64,000 bases of DNA from Mobula hypostoma (taxonomy: Eukaryota), in assembly GCF_963921235.1 (NCBI RefSeq), contig NC_086109.1:7380001-7444000 (forward strand), read 5' to 3'. The notes below the pieces were generated by a model, which was given only the letters and a program-made list of their open reading frames with translations, did not search any database and was not told the DNA's origin. This document shows positions 13,056 to 25,857 of the stretch, in pieces. Position numbers and translations under genes: made by a program. The first letter of the stretch is position 1. Each line of letters begins with the position of its first letter.

Positions 13056-14517
13056 ATAGTCATAGTCATAGTCATACTTTATTGATCCCAGGGGGAAATT
13101 GGTTTTCGTTACAGTTGCACCATAAATAATAAATAGTAATAGAACCATAAATAGTTAAATAGTAATATGTAAATTATGAAATAAGTCCAGGACCAGCCTA
13201 TTGGCTCAGGGTGTCTGACCCTCCAAGGGAGGAGTTGTTAAGTTTGATGGCCACAGGCAGGAATGACTTCCTATGACGCTCTGTGTTGCATCTCGGTGGA
13301 ATGAGTCTCTGGCTGAATGTATTCCTCTGCCCACCCAGTACATTAAGTAGTGGATGGGAGACATTGACCAAGATGGCATGCAACTTAGACAGCATCCTCT
13401 TTTCAGACACCACCGTGAGAGAGTCCAGTTCCATCCCCACAACGTCACTGGCCTTACGAATGAGTTTGTTGATTCTGTTGGTGTCTGCCACCCTCAGCCG
13501 GCTGCCCCAGCACACAACAGCAAACATGATAGCACTGGCCACCACAGACTTGTAGAACGCCCTCAGCATCGTCCGGCAGATGTTAAAGGACTTCAGTCTC
13601 CTCAAGAAATAGAGACGGCTCTGACCCTTCTTGTAGACAGCCTCAGTGTTCTTTGACCAGTCCAGTTTATTGTCAATTCGTATCCCCAGGTATTTGTAAT
13701 CCTCCACCATGTCCACACTGACCCTCTGGATAGAAACAGGGGTCACCGGTACCTTAGCTCTCCTCAGGTCTACCACCAGCTCCTTAGTCTTTTTCATATT
13801 AAGCTGCAGATAATTCTGCTCACACCATGTGACAAAGTTTCCTACCGTAGCCCTGTACTTAGCCTCATCTCCCTTGCTGATGCATCCAACTATGGCAGAG
13901 TCATCCGAAAACTTCTGAAGATGACAAGACTCTGTGCAGTAGTTGAAGTCCGAGGTGTAAATGGTGAAGAGAGAAGGAGACAAGACAGTCCCCTGTGGAG
14001 CCCCAGTGCTGCTGATCACTCTGTCGGACACACAGTGTTGCAAGCACACGTACTGTGGTCTGCCAGTCAGGTAGTCAAGAATCCATGACACCAGGAAAGC
14101 ATCCACCAGCATCTCTGTCAGCTTCTCCCCAGGCAGAGCAGGGCGGATGGTGTTCAAGGCACTGGAGAAGTTAAAAAACATGACCCTCACAGTGCTCACT
14201 GGCTTGTCCAGGTGGGCGTAGACAAGGTTCAGCAGGTAGACGATGGCATCCTCAACTCCTAGTCGGGGCTGGTAGGCGAACTGGAGGGGATCTAAGTGTG
14301 GCCTGACCATAGGCCGGAGCAGCTCCAGAACAAGTCTCTCCAGGGTCTTCATGATGTGGGAGGTCAATGCCACCGGTCTGTAGTCATTGAGGCCGCTGGG
14401 GCGTGGCGTCTTCAGCACAAGGATGAGGCAGGACGTCTTCCACAGCACAGGAACCCTCCAGGGCCTCAGGCTCAGGCTGAATACATTGCGAAGTATTCCA
14501 CATAACTGAGGGGCACA
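13056..14517 (-). mobile_element. Young 5'-truncated Rex1/Babar LINE with uninterrupted RT ORF
   Basis: ORF 13198..14748(-): YRPVALTS, DPLQFAY, GAPQGTVLSP, LQKFSDDSAIVG, YKYLG; (TATGAC)n tail at 13056-13076. RT similarity begins at CAPQLCG, about 14517. Confidence 0.95.
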
Positions 14518-14992
14518 TGTATATCTCTTTGTTCTAAATGCGTTTTCTTCTAAAGATTGTACAGAATTTATGTTCTTCCCGTGAATGGCATTTATCTGAC
14601 TCTCTGTATCTGTGATGCTGCTGCAAGCAAGCTTTTCATTGCTCCTTGTGCACGGTTTCTTGTGTGTATGACAATAAATGTGACTTGTGTTTGAATTTCC
14701 CGTTCCCATCAGTTTTAGTGACTGAGAGAACAGAACAGTTATCGACATTGAGTACTGTTAGCAGTGTCTACTGAACGGTGGGAGGGGAGGTGTTTATCAC
14801 CCACTGTCAGTAATCTATTAACCAAGTCAATATTCTCAGCAAACAGAATCCAATCAAAATGCACCTCTACTTATCCAGAGCTGAATGACTCACTCTTCCT
14901 GACATCCCCTGAACAGTGTCTGGGATAATTAGGAAGGGACGATCAATGTTATCCATTTTCCCATAAGCAAATTAAATGAAATGTCATTAATG

Positions 14993-16335
14993 CACTCAGT
15001 GGCCACTTTATTAGGTACAGCTGCTCGTTAATGCAAATACCTAATCAGCCAATCATGTGGCAGCACCTCAGTGCATAAAAGCGGTTCAGTTGTTGTTCAG
15101 ACCAAACATTAGAATGAGAAAGAAATGTGACTTTGATCATGGAAATATTGTTGGTGCATCTCAAAAACTGCTCATCTCCTGGGATTTTCACACACAGCAG
15201 ACTCTAGAGTTTACAGAGAATGGTGTGAAAAACAAAAAAAAAATCCAGTGAGGGCTGTTCTGTGGGTGAAAGTGCCTTTTTAATGAGAGAGGTCAGAGGA
15301 GAATGGCCAGCCTGTTTCAAACTGACAGAAAGGCCATGGTAACTCAAGTTCAAGTTTATCATCTGACTAAACATGTAAACAGCCAATGTACCGAATTTAG
15401 TCTTGTCCACGGTGCACCCACAAAACGTACATTGCACAAGGCACATAAAGCAAGATATTTCCACAGGTAAGTTAATAAAATATAATTCTAAGTGCAGGTA
15501 GCTTGCTGCACAGGTAAACAGTAAACAGCTTGCTGTCCTAGTGACGAGGTAGTGTGGCAGGGTGTCACAGCCTGAGGGAAGAGGCTGTTACCCAGTCTGG
15601 CAGTCCTCACCCTGATGTCGGAGGAGAATGGCCAGACTGGTTCAAGCTGACAGGAAGGTGACAGCAACTCAAATAACTAAGCATTACAACAGTAGGGTTG
15701 GGGTGTATGGGGTGTGCAGGGAGGGGTAGCAGCTCTGGTGAAGGAGCTTGTCTTGTCCATTCTGGGGCAGCTCACTCACTTTTGGTCCCCACCGGACACA
15801 CTCTCACCTGTGGCTCCAAGTATTTGCTCGCACATGACAGCGGCCACACCGCTTCAACAGGCGGGTTAAACCAGGTGAGGGTAGCTGGCAGCCTCAAACC
15901 CCGGTGAGATTGGGACTCGCCAGTCCCTACATGTTAAGTCGGCTCCGGCGGATGGGGAGGATGAGATCTACGGTGAGATCCGACGGCCAGGAAGGCGGTT
16001 CTGCGACGCTCCGTGGAGAGCGAAGGGCATGACAAGGCACAGAAGATGTCAGGGTCATCCACTGCAACCGAGGAAGACCCCAGTTTGTGACACATATTCA
16101 TACCACCGGACCCGGACTTCTGAGATCGAGAGAGTGGAACTGCCCCAGTGCAGTGGCTTCTCCACTTTAAAATCTCTCCCACGCGGGTTTCCTGTCATCG
16201 TCGGACACAATGGCCAACCACCACAAAGCTGGTGTGCAGAAGAGCATGTCTGAATGTCGAATCTTGAAGTGGAGGGTTTACAGCAGCTGACAACCGTGAG
16301 CATGCACTCGGTAGTCACTTTATTAGATACAGGGT
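14993..16335 (+). mobile_element. Tc1-derived non-autonomous transposon with nested insertions
   Basis: TIR cactcagtggccactttattaggtac and a decayed paired-like HTH coding segment; interrupted by a Rex1-like fragment (about 15345-15615) and an RTE-derived element. Confidence 0.8.
15695..16225 (+). mobile_element. RTE-derived non-autonomous element inserted in Tc1 derivative
   Basis: GC/CpG-rich insert that splits the Tc1 sequence cattacaacag|tggtgtgcagaagagc; its 5' end resembles RTE 5' UTRs. Family assignment is tentative. Confidence 0.5.
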
Positions 16336-16339
16336 ACCT

Positions 16340-16640
16340 GTAGCATTGTGGTTAGTGTGACTCTGTTACAGCACCAGCTACCACCGACCGGGGTTCGATT
16401 CCCGCTGCCGTCTGTACGGAATTTGCACGTACTCCCCGTAGCCGTTGGAGTTTCATCCAGGTTCTCCGGTTTCCAAAGACTTATGGTAAGTGTCAGTAAG
16501 TTTTTGGCATCGTAAGTGTGGCGACACTTGCGAGCTGCACCCAGCACGTCCTTGGTCTGTGCGAGTCGTTGATGCAATCAATAGATTTCACTGTATGTTT
16601 CAAGGCTTTGATATGCAAGTGACAAGTAAAGCAAATCTTT
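16340..16640 (+). mobile_element. tRNA-derived SINE (HE1/SacSINE-like); further copies about 350-505, 9520-9775, 22375-23120, 32880-33170, 44080-44880, 59490-59735
   Basis: A-box-like tagcattgtggttag and B box ggttcgattcc, followed by the shared ctgtacggaatttgcacgt...ccggttt body. Confidence 0.75.
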
Positions 16641-16844
16641 TAAAAAAAACCCTCCAGGCGGTGAGCAGTAGTACTGGTGCACTGACGGTAATTGTAATTG
16701 AAAGACACCCACACAGTTCCTATGTATTGATACTGATTCACTTCCACGGGCTGCTATACTACACCACCGAGAGAAGGGAACCCTTCTCTGCAGAGTCCCC
16801 ATTCTCTGCGTTTCTCACTGCCGCCCGAAAACAGGCAACACAAT

Positions 16845-17937
16845 CAATGCCAGAGGCTTTTCCCCAGGGCTGAAGTGGCTAACATGAGGGGGCACAGTTT
16901 TAAGGTGCTTGCACGAGGGGATGTCAGGGGTAAGTTTTTCACACAGAGAGTGGTGGGTGTGTGGAATGCACTGCCGATGACGGTGGTGGAAGCGGATACA
17001 ATAGGGTCTTTTAAGAGACTCTCAGATAGGTACATGGAGCTTAGAAAAATAGAGGGTTATGTGGTAGGGTAATTCTGGGCAGTTTCTAGAGTAGATTACA
17101 TGGTCGGCACAACATTGTGGGCTGAAGGGCCTGTAATGTGTTGTAGGTTTCTATGTTCTATGTTCTAATGCCACCCCCGCCCCCCTCCCAATATGGTCAT
17201 TCTCTCTCTTCTCAACTCTCCCATCGGGCAGAAGATACAAACTCCTCAGAACAAGTATCACCAAGCTCAAGGTCAGTTTATATCCTGTTATCACACTATA
17301 GAACAGTCCCTTAGTACAATAACATAGATTTTTGATCTCACACGTGACGTCTTTATGAACTCACACTTTTCTCTTTATGAAAGGCAATGAGAGGCGTCGA
17401 TCGTGTGCGTAGCCAGAGGCTTCTTCCCAGGGCTGAAATGACTAACACGAGGGGGCACAGTTTTAAGGTGCTTGGAAGTAGGTACAACGGGGATGTCAGA
17501 GGTAAGTTTTTCACACAGAGAGGGGCGGGTGTGTGGAATGCACTGCCAGCAACGGTGGTAGAAGCGGAGACAAAAGAGTCTTTGAAGAGACTCTTGGATA
17601 GGCACATGGAGCTTAGAAAAATAAACAACTATGTGATAGGATAATTCTAGGCTGTTTCTAGAGTGGGTTCAATCACAAACAAGAGAAAATCTGCAGATGC
17701 TGGAAATCTGAGCAACACACAAAATTCTGGAGGAACTCAGCAGGCCAGGCAGCATCTATGCAAAAGAGTACAGTCGACATTTCGGGCCAAAACATCGACT
17801 GTACTCTTTTCCATATATGCTGCCTGGCCTGCTGAGTTCCTCCAGCATTTTGCATGTGTTTCCAGAGTTGGTCACATGGTCGGCACAACATTGTGGGCCG
17901 AAGGGACTGTGATGTGCTGTAGATTTCCATGTTCTAT
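16845..17937 (+). mobile_element. Two tandem CR1 3' fragments
   Basis: ORFs 16875..17072 and 17387..17644: RGHSFKVL..GKFFTQR..WNALP; (CTATGTT)n tails. Confidence 0.85.
17669..17856. mobile_element. Penelope-derived fold-back (inverted repeat) insertion
   Basis: Arms about 17714-17784 and 17789-17858 are reverse complements; flanked by a 16-bp TSD-like repeat, tgtttctagagtgggt / tgtttccagagttggt. Confidence 0.75.
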
Positions 17938-19140
17938 GAGCTTCAGGAGGAGGAAACAGGAGGTTCACGAGCCAGTTCTCATTGCAGGATCAGAGGTGGA
18001 GAGCGTCAGCAGCTTTAAATTCCTCAGTGTTATTATTTCAGAGTTTCATGTTTGTTCTTGATAAAAGCCAAACTTGTGTGGGTAAAACAAAACCAACAGA
18101 TCATTTATTGACAGAATGGCTTCAGCTTGACCGCTTTTTACTGGGGACATTCCAGCCCGCCAAGAGCCCGTGTGATCCGTTCACCAACGTCTCTTCCAGT
18201 TCCGGGTGAACCAGCCACATTGCACGCTGGGAACTGAAGTTCTTTATTATGTACAGGTACTCACATAATAACACACAGAGGATTTGTTCTGGGCCCAGGA
18301 CGTAAGTGCAATTATGAAGAAAGCGTGGCAGTGCCTCTACTTCCTTAGGAGTTTCTGGAAATTTGGCATGCCTTCTAAAACTTTAACGAACTTTGATGGA
18401 TGTGTGGTGCAGGGTATACCGACTGGCTGCATCACAGCCTGGTATGCAAACACCAATGCCCTCAGAAACACTAATGGAAAATTCTATAAAAAGTAGTGGA
18501 TACGTCCCAGTCCAGCACAGGTAACGCCCTCCCCACCATTGAACACATCTACATGAAACGCTGTTGCAGGAAGGCAGCATCCATCATCAGGGACACCCAG
18601 CACCCCGGGCCCTCACACACAAATTAGGGCAGAGCTTCCATTGTTTACAGCAGGAATGCCCTACCTGGCATTGATGGACCTCTTTGGTTAATAGTGGGGG
18701 TCCGTTGCATAGAAAACGTTGGGAACCCCTTCTTGCTGCTGCCATTGGAAGATGGTACAAGGGTCTTGCAACTCATACCAACAGTTCAGGAACAGTTACT
18801 ACCCCTCAACCATCAGGATCTTGAACAAAGGGGATAACTTCACTTGCCCCATCACTGAACTGTCCCCACAACCTATGGACTCACTCAAGGACTCTTCATC
18901 TCATGTTCTCGGTATTTATTGCTTATTTATTTATATTATTGTTTCTTCTTTTTGTATTTGCATTGTTTATTGTCTTCTGCAAACTGGCTGAACGCCCCAA
19001 ATTGGGCAGTCTTTCATTGATTCTGTTATGGTTATTATTCTGTAGATTTATTGAGTATGCCCACAAGAAAATGAATCTCAGGGTTGTATATGGTGACATG
19101 TATGTACTTTGATAATAAAATTTACTTTGAATTTTGAACT
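17938..19140 (+). mobile_element. Rex1/Babar-like LINE fragments (interrupted)
   Basis: VESVSSFKFL, KKAWQCLYFLR, GCITAWY and FRNSYYPSTIRIL motifs, plus the shared 3' UTR. Confidence 0.75.
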
Positions 19141-19560
19141 TTATTGCCTGCCTTCTCTGCACTTTTCCTGTAACTTGATCCTGCATTGTGTCGTGGCTTT
19201 TCCTGGTACCACCCCAAGGCACTAATGTAGTGAAATGGATGGCATGCAAAAACAAAGATTTACATTGTACCTTGGTACAGTGTCAATATGAAACCATCTA
19301 TCAATTTATCAGTCAGGGTCTGAGCATCCAGAGGCCTCGTAGAAAAGGAATTCCATGTGTTCATCACCTGCGGAGCAAAAAAGTCTCCTCTCACATCTGT
19401 GTCGCTGCCCCTTTCGAGATGGCAAACTCTGGTTTTGGACTTCACAGGGAAGCAAGCACCTGCAATGGTAATTCACCCCACCCAATCAATGTACTTCAGA
19501 TGACAAATGCGCACAAAGGCCCTCACACACAAATGAGGCCCTGGTTTCCGTTGTTTAAAG

Positions 19561-19640
19561 CAAGAGTTCCCTACCTGGTGTCCATGGACCCTTTGGTTAA
19601 TGGTAGGGGTCTGTGGCATGGAAAAGGTTGGGAACTGCTG
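19561..19640. mobile_element. 80-bp hAT (Charlie-like) MITE; about 10 copies (about 1526, 18645, 23125, 35344, 35962, 38363, 46391, 56373, 57107)
   Basis: Family TIR caggggttcccaacc...ggttgggaacccctg. This copy has a perfect 8-bp TSD GTTTAAAG (19553-19560, 19641-19648). Confidence 0.85.
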
Positions 19641-22511
19641 GTTTAAAGGTTATTGAAAAGATTAGCTGTGACTTGGCAGTTGGGATGTTTTACTATAGAG
19701 AGGAACAAACCAGGCTCTGGAATTATCCACCGAAATTTGCGGTTTCTGAGGGAGTCTGCAGGCCAACGTAGATGAAATGTTTAAGCAAGGGCTCCAGCTA
19801 TACTTTACGTGTGCAGTGAAATATCTCTGCCTGGTAACAGGGCCGCATCTACATTTAATCCATGAGACCGTGAGCAGAATTACTGTAGGCCACTCAGCCT
19901 ATCAAGTCTACTCCACCTTTTGATTATGTTTGATTTATTATCCCTCTCAACCCCATTCTCTTGCCTTCTCTACATAACCTTTGACAGCCTTACTAATCCA
20001 GAACCTATCAACCTCAGCTTTAAAAACACCCAATGACCTGCCTTCTGGCTAAAGAAATTCCTCCTCACCTCTTTTGCAAAGGGATGCCCTTCTGTTCTGA
20101 GGCTGCACCTTCTGGTCCTAGATTCCCCCATGGGCTGGAAACATCTTCTCCATGTCCACTCTATCCAGGCCTTTCAATATTCCATAGTTTTCAATGAGAT
20201 CCACCCCCATTCTTTTAAACGCCAGTGAGTGCAGGCTCAGAGCCATCAAATGATTCCCGGGGTCACTCCTGTTGTCCCTCCAGACCGTCTCCAAGGCCAG
20301 CACATCCTTTTTCAGACGTGGGGTTCCAAACTGTTCACGAGTTGTGGAACAGAGTCAGTGAGCTGAATTGTCCAATTCTGCTCTTGTATCTTCTGGTCTT
20401 ATGGAAAGAGTATAGAGGAGATGTAGGAGGACATTGTCGGGACTTGGCGACTGAGTTATGAGCAGAATGAGACTGTCTTCATTGCGGCATAGGAGAGTGA
20501 AGGAGGATGTCTACAGTCATGAAGGGCATTGATAGGGTGAATGCACAATGTTTATTTTTCCCGGGAGTTGAGGAATCAAGAACTAGAGGGCATAGGTTTA
20601 AGGTGAGAAGGGAGAGATTTAATAGGAACCTGAGGGGCTACCTTTCCACCCAAAAGCTCGTCAGTATATGGGCCAAGCTGCCAGAGGAAGTAGTTGAGGC
20701 AGGTACATTAGCAAATTTGAAGGACACTTGGACAGATGTTGAGAGGGATATGGGCCAAACACAGGGAAGTGGGACTAGGTAGATGAAAGTGTTGGTTGTC
20801 ATGGACCTGAAGGTCTTGATTTGATGCTGTGTTCTCTGTGAATCTACGGCTATGACTCTGTGTGTACCTCTCCACCTCACAGTTCATTGAGGAGAATGCA
20901 CCATCTGCTGGACATTCGGTAACTAAGCAGAAAGGAACATCAGTGTTGCTGCTACCAGGTCTTACAGTCCCATTGCAACTTCTGCCCCCTCGTGATACTG
21001 TATATTGTGGCCAATGATGTCATTAATGTATGTCCAGTGTTGTTGTAGAATAATTCAGCTGTTAATTACTACCCAACAACCTCCCGTAAGTCACCAGGGT
21101 GCTGAATGGATGAGAGAGCATGTCTTGCGAGGAAAGGCTGAGTGAGCTAAGGTTTTCCTCTTTGGAGAGAAGGAGGATGAGAGGTGACTTGATCAAGATG
21201 TGCAAGTTAATAAGAGGCACAGAGGACTGCCAGGGACACTTTTCACAGGGCAGCATGGCTAATACCAGGGGGCATAATTTTAATATGATTGGAGGAAAGT
21301 ATAGGGGGATGCAGGAGGTATTTTTTTTAAACACAGAGTGCTGAGTGTGTGAAATGCCCTGCCAGGGGTGGTGGTTGAGGTAGTTACACCAGGGACATCT
21401 AAATTTCAATGTTCAAATAAATTTAATAGCAAAGTACACGTACGTCACCATACACACAGCCCTGAGAGTCATTTTCTTGCAGGCATACTCAATAAAACCG
21501 TAGAATAATAACCATAACAGAATCAGTGAATGACCACACCAGCTTAGACGTTCACCGGTTAGACAACAAACTGTGACAATACAAAAGAAAATATAATAAG
21601 AATAAATGAGCAATAAATATCGAGAACATGAGATGAAGAGTCATTGACAGTGAGACCACTGGTTGTGGGAACAGTTCAATCATGAGGCAAGTGTGAAGTT
21701 GAGTGAAGTTATCCCCTCTGGTTCAAGAGCCAGAAGTTTAAGAGACTGCTAGACAGGTATATGGAGGAATTTAAGGTGGGGGGTTATATGGGGGGCAGGG
21801 TTTGAGGGTCGGCACAACATTGTGGGCCGAAGGGCCTGTACTGTGCTGTACTATTCTATGTTCTATGTTCCATGTTAGCCTGATGGTTGAGGGGTATTAA
21901 CCGTTCCTGAACCTGGTGGTGCGGGTCCTGAGGCTCCTGTTGCTTCTTCCTGATGGCAGCAGGGAGAAGAGAGCATGATCTGGGTGAATTTACGTTCATG
22001 ATGATGGTGACTCTTAGATAGGGGCATGGATGAAAGAAAAATGGAAGGCTGTAGAGGAGGGAAGGGTTAGGTTGATCTTAGAGTAGGTAATAAAGTCAGC
22101 ACAATATAACAGGCCGAAGGGCCTGTACTGTTCTACATTCTGTAAATTATTTTTCTGGATCTTCATAGGCTGGGGGGGAAGTATTATCGATGTTTATAAA
22201 ATAATGTGTTGAGTTATTGGGTCACACACCAGTGTACATGGAGTAAAGGTTCTGACTGTCTACCCTGTCTATGCCTCTCATAATTTTAGAAACCTCTATC
22301 AGGTCTCCTCTCAGCCTCTGACTTTCCGGGAACAAGGACACAAGTCTGTCCACCACGGGTTATTTTATATATTCATTTATTTATCGAGATACAGCGTGAA
22401 ATAGGCCATTCCAGCCCTTCCAGCTGCACTGCCCAACAACCCCCGATTTAATCCTAATCACGGGACAAGTTACAATGACCAATGAACCTACTAACCGCTG
22501 TGTCTTTGAAC

Positions 22512-22971
22512 TAGGGTTGCCAACTGTCCCGTATCGGCCGGGACGTCCCGCATGTTGGACTAAATTGGTTTGTCCCATACGGGACCGCCCTTGTCCCATA
22601 TTTGCCCCGCTAAGGTAAAACGTTCCTATGGAACCGTTTGTAAGCCGAAATGGCATAAAGCAAAGAAGCAATTACCATTAGTTTATATGGGGAAAATTTT
22701 TGAGCATTCCCAGACCGAAAAAATAACCTACCAAATCATACCAAATAACACATAAAACCTAAAATAACACTAACAAAGAGTGAAAACAGAATCGGGAAGA
22801 CTAAGCCAAAACCGATTTGTAGAAAAAAAAAACCGGCACGTACACGCATGCCCACAAAGGTGCCCACGCAAGGCTTCATGGTCATTGTAGTCTTTCTCGG
22901 GGTAAACACAAGTGTCCCATATTTGACTGCTACTTTTGTCCTTTATTTGGGCATGAAAGTTGGCAACCCTA
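22512..22971. mobile_element. hAT (Blackjack-like) MITE inserted in a SINE
   Basis: 14-bp TIR tagggttgccaact / agttggcaacccta; decayed 8-bp TSD ctttgaac / ctttgggc. Confidence 0.85.
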
Positions 22972-23974
22972 CTTTGGGCTGTCTGAGGAAACCGGAGCAC
23001 CCGGGAAGAAACCTACACAGCCATGGGGAGAATGTGCAAACACCTTACAGGCAGCAGTGGAAATTGCATCCCAGTCGCCTGTAAAGCGTTGTACTGACCA
23101 TTATGTTACTCTGCTGCCCGAAAAAAAGTTCCCAACCTTTTTTATGCCATAGACTCCTACCGTTAATGGAGGGGTCTGTGGACCCCGGGATGGGAACCCC
23201 TGCTTACAGCTCATTCTTCTAGCCCAGGCAGCATCCCAGTGAACCTCTCTTCCCCCTCTCCACAACCATCATATCCTTCCTATAACGGGAGGGTCAGAAT
23301 TGCACACAATATTCACAGTTCTTCTGTTATTCGCTGGACGTGTCCTGACCGAAGTGATGTAGAGGTAATGCATTACTGAGAAGGTCCATGTGAGGGAGTT
23401 TCAATCACATCATCCCAAGCAGGGAGGACTCAAATTCAGAGTAAACATTCACAGATGAAAGAATAAATTGTTACAGGATTAATTCATGTGCTTTATTCAG
23501 ATCACCTCACATCAATTTACCCAAGGAGACACTATTTTCGATGTACCTAAGTTTTAATTACTAACTTGCCTCAACTTTATAAGGCATAATTTAAGAATCA
23601 GGGCAGTGCCAAGACTTAATAGCTTTCTGTTCCCTTGTTTTGAAGTAATTATAATCTTTCTCGTGTGGTAAAAGATGGAAAAGATGAGCGATAGGCAGAG
23701 TTATTTTTAGAACCTTCCATTTAAAATGTCAATTAAATGTAGTGTGATCATGAGCAGGTTAGGGGTTCCTACCAAGACCTTATTTCTGCTTTGGTTTATT
23801 TGGATAGTGGAAAAAATGAAGTCCCATTTGAAAATGCAAATATGGAAACATTTTGTAAACAGTTCAAAATTAAACATGACTGAATATTAGCAAATGTCCC
23901 AGGGATGTATCATACGAAGTGCTGATTTCTATTTGACTCTGTAACGGCTGCAGGGTTGTAACCTGATACCAATG

Positions 23975-24508
23975 ATTTATACTCTGCGACCACTTTATTA
24001 GGAACAGGAGAGGAATCAATGCAGTCTTCTGCTGCTGTAGACCACCCACTTCAAGTTCGACCTGTTGTTCATTCAGAGATGCTCTTCTGCACACCACTGC
24101 TGTAAAACATGACTATTTAAGTTACTGTCACCTTCCTGTCACTTCAAACCACTCTGGTCATTCTCCTCTGACTTTTCTCATTAACAAGGTGTTTTTGCCC
24201 ACAGAACTGCCACTCACAGGATTTTTTTTTGTTTTTTTTTGCTCCATTCCCTGTAAACTCTAGAGAGTGTTGTGCATGAAAATCCCAGGAGATCAGCAGT
24301 TTCTGAGATACTTAAGCCACCAACAATCATTTCACAGTCAAAGTTACCAAGATCATATTTCTTCCCCTTTCTGATGTCTGAACAACTGAACCTCTTGACG
24401 ATATGCGCATGGGTTTATACACTGCGTTCCTGCAACATCATTAGCTGATTAGATATTTGTATTAATGAGCAGATGTCCAGGTGTACCTAATAAAGTGGCC
24501 ACTGAGTG
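23975..24508 (-). mobile_element. Tc1-derived non-autonomous transposon
   Basis: Ends gtacctaataaagtggccactgagtg; internal sequence matches the other four copies. Confidence 0.85.
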
Positions 24509-25208
24509 CTTTCCTGCCCATTTACTCCCTTTCCTCAGCAGACAATGACTCAGATTCCTCCCAACTTGTCTAGATGGAAATTGTGTTCCTTCTTCAACCA
24601 ACACAGGCTTCAGTTGCAATGCCAGAAATAGAATTAAGAGAATTTACTGTTACCTACAAAGAGCCTTTTGACTCTTTCACCTGTCACCTCCTAGCTTCTC
24701 ACATAACATTCGTATCTGTACAGTTGACAAGAATTGGTAAAGATCCAAAGTACATTGAAACATTGAAACACATACGTTGTTTGTGTCGACAACCTATGCA
24801 GTCTCGGGGGAAGCCCGCAATTGTCGCCACCCACACCTCTGGTGCCAATATAGCATGCCCACAAAGTTCTGTTAGCAAAAGATACATTTCATTCTGTCAG
24901 CAAAAGTTTTCGACAGTTATACCAAACAAACAACAGCATTCAGACGTGACCGTGAAATTAGAAGCAGCAGACAGGAGCAGCTAGTGGCAAGTAACAACCT
25001 TTCATTGATTCATGCTGTGTGTTTGGGTTTGAAACAGAGTTTTGAATGGTCAGCCACTGTCTGTCTAATTAGGGACTGTAAGCTCTATTATGTGGTGCTT
25101 GCATAAGGGTTCAGAGCTTGGTTCTGTTGAAATGCTGAAATACTGCCATTGTCCACATCTGAATTGAATTGCCTTTGTTTTGTCTGGTTTGTGCACTTGT
25201 AAAACAAC

Positions 25209-25562
25209 ATGAGTCAAGCTGGAAGCAGTGACCTTGAAGGCAGAACTAAGAGAGAAATTAAACTTACTGCAAAAGCTTTAGTGGCTAGAATTGATAATTT
25301 TCGAAAGGAATAAAATAAAATCGTTCAAAGGATTAAAGATTTAATATCATTACTTGAAGCCTTTTACATGTAGACCAAGATGCTTTGGAATCTCATTTTG
25401 ATTCATGCTCTAAATTGGTGAAAAAGGTTCCTAATGATAAGATTGCCTTCCTAAAAGAAAGATGGTGTCTGCTTTGGTTGCTTGTATACGAAACACATCA
25501 GCAGGGACTGCAAGAAGTATCTTTCATGCAAGGCATACTGTGGCAAGCATCCCAGCCTTTGG
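25209..25562 (+). mobile_element. BEL/Pao LTR retrotransposon gag remnant
   Basis: With one frameshift it reads HFDSCSKL..DKIAFLKE/GVCFGCLYTKHISRDCKKYLSCKAYCGKHPSL, the BEL gag multi-zinc-knuckle pattern. Confidence 0.7.
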
Positions 25563-25857
25563 AACCCTGACCCTTTGGAACTTTTAGAAATGCCTTTGGA
25601 ATGTTGGAAGAAACCGACACAGTCATGGAGAGAACTTAACTATTATCTGCTAGCTTGTGCTCCTCTCCTTCCACCTACCTTCTGGCTCCTGTCCTCTTAC
25701 TTTCCAGACCCAATAAAGAGTCTCAGCCCAAAATGTTGGCTGGTTATTTCCATCCACGGTTCCTCCAGCAATTTGTGTACGTTGCTTATGAGAATTAACC
25801 CCATTCAGAAAGTGTCCCAGTTACTATTCACCCTTTATTCCACATCACTAATCACTT

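Noticed and set aside
13198..14748. 516-aa ORF as a host gene
   Set aside because: It is a LINE RT. The first 77 or so residues are chance read-through into flanking DNA upstream of the truncation point.
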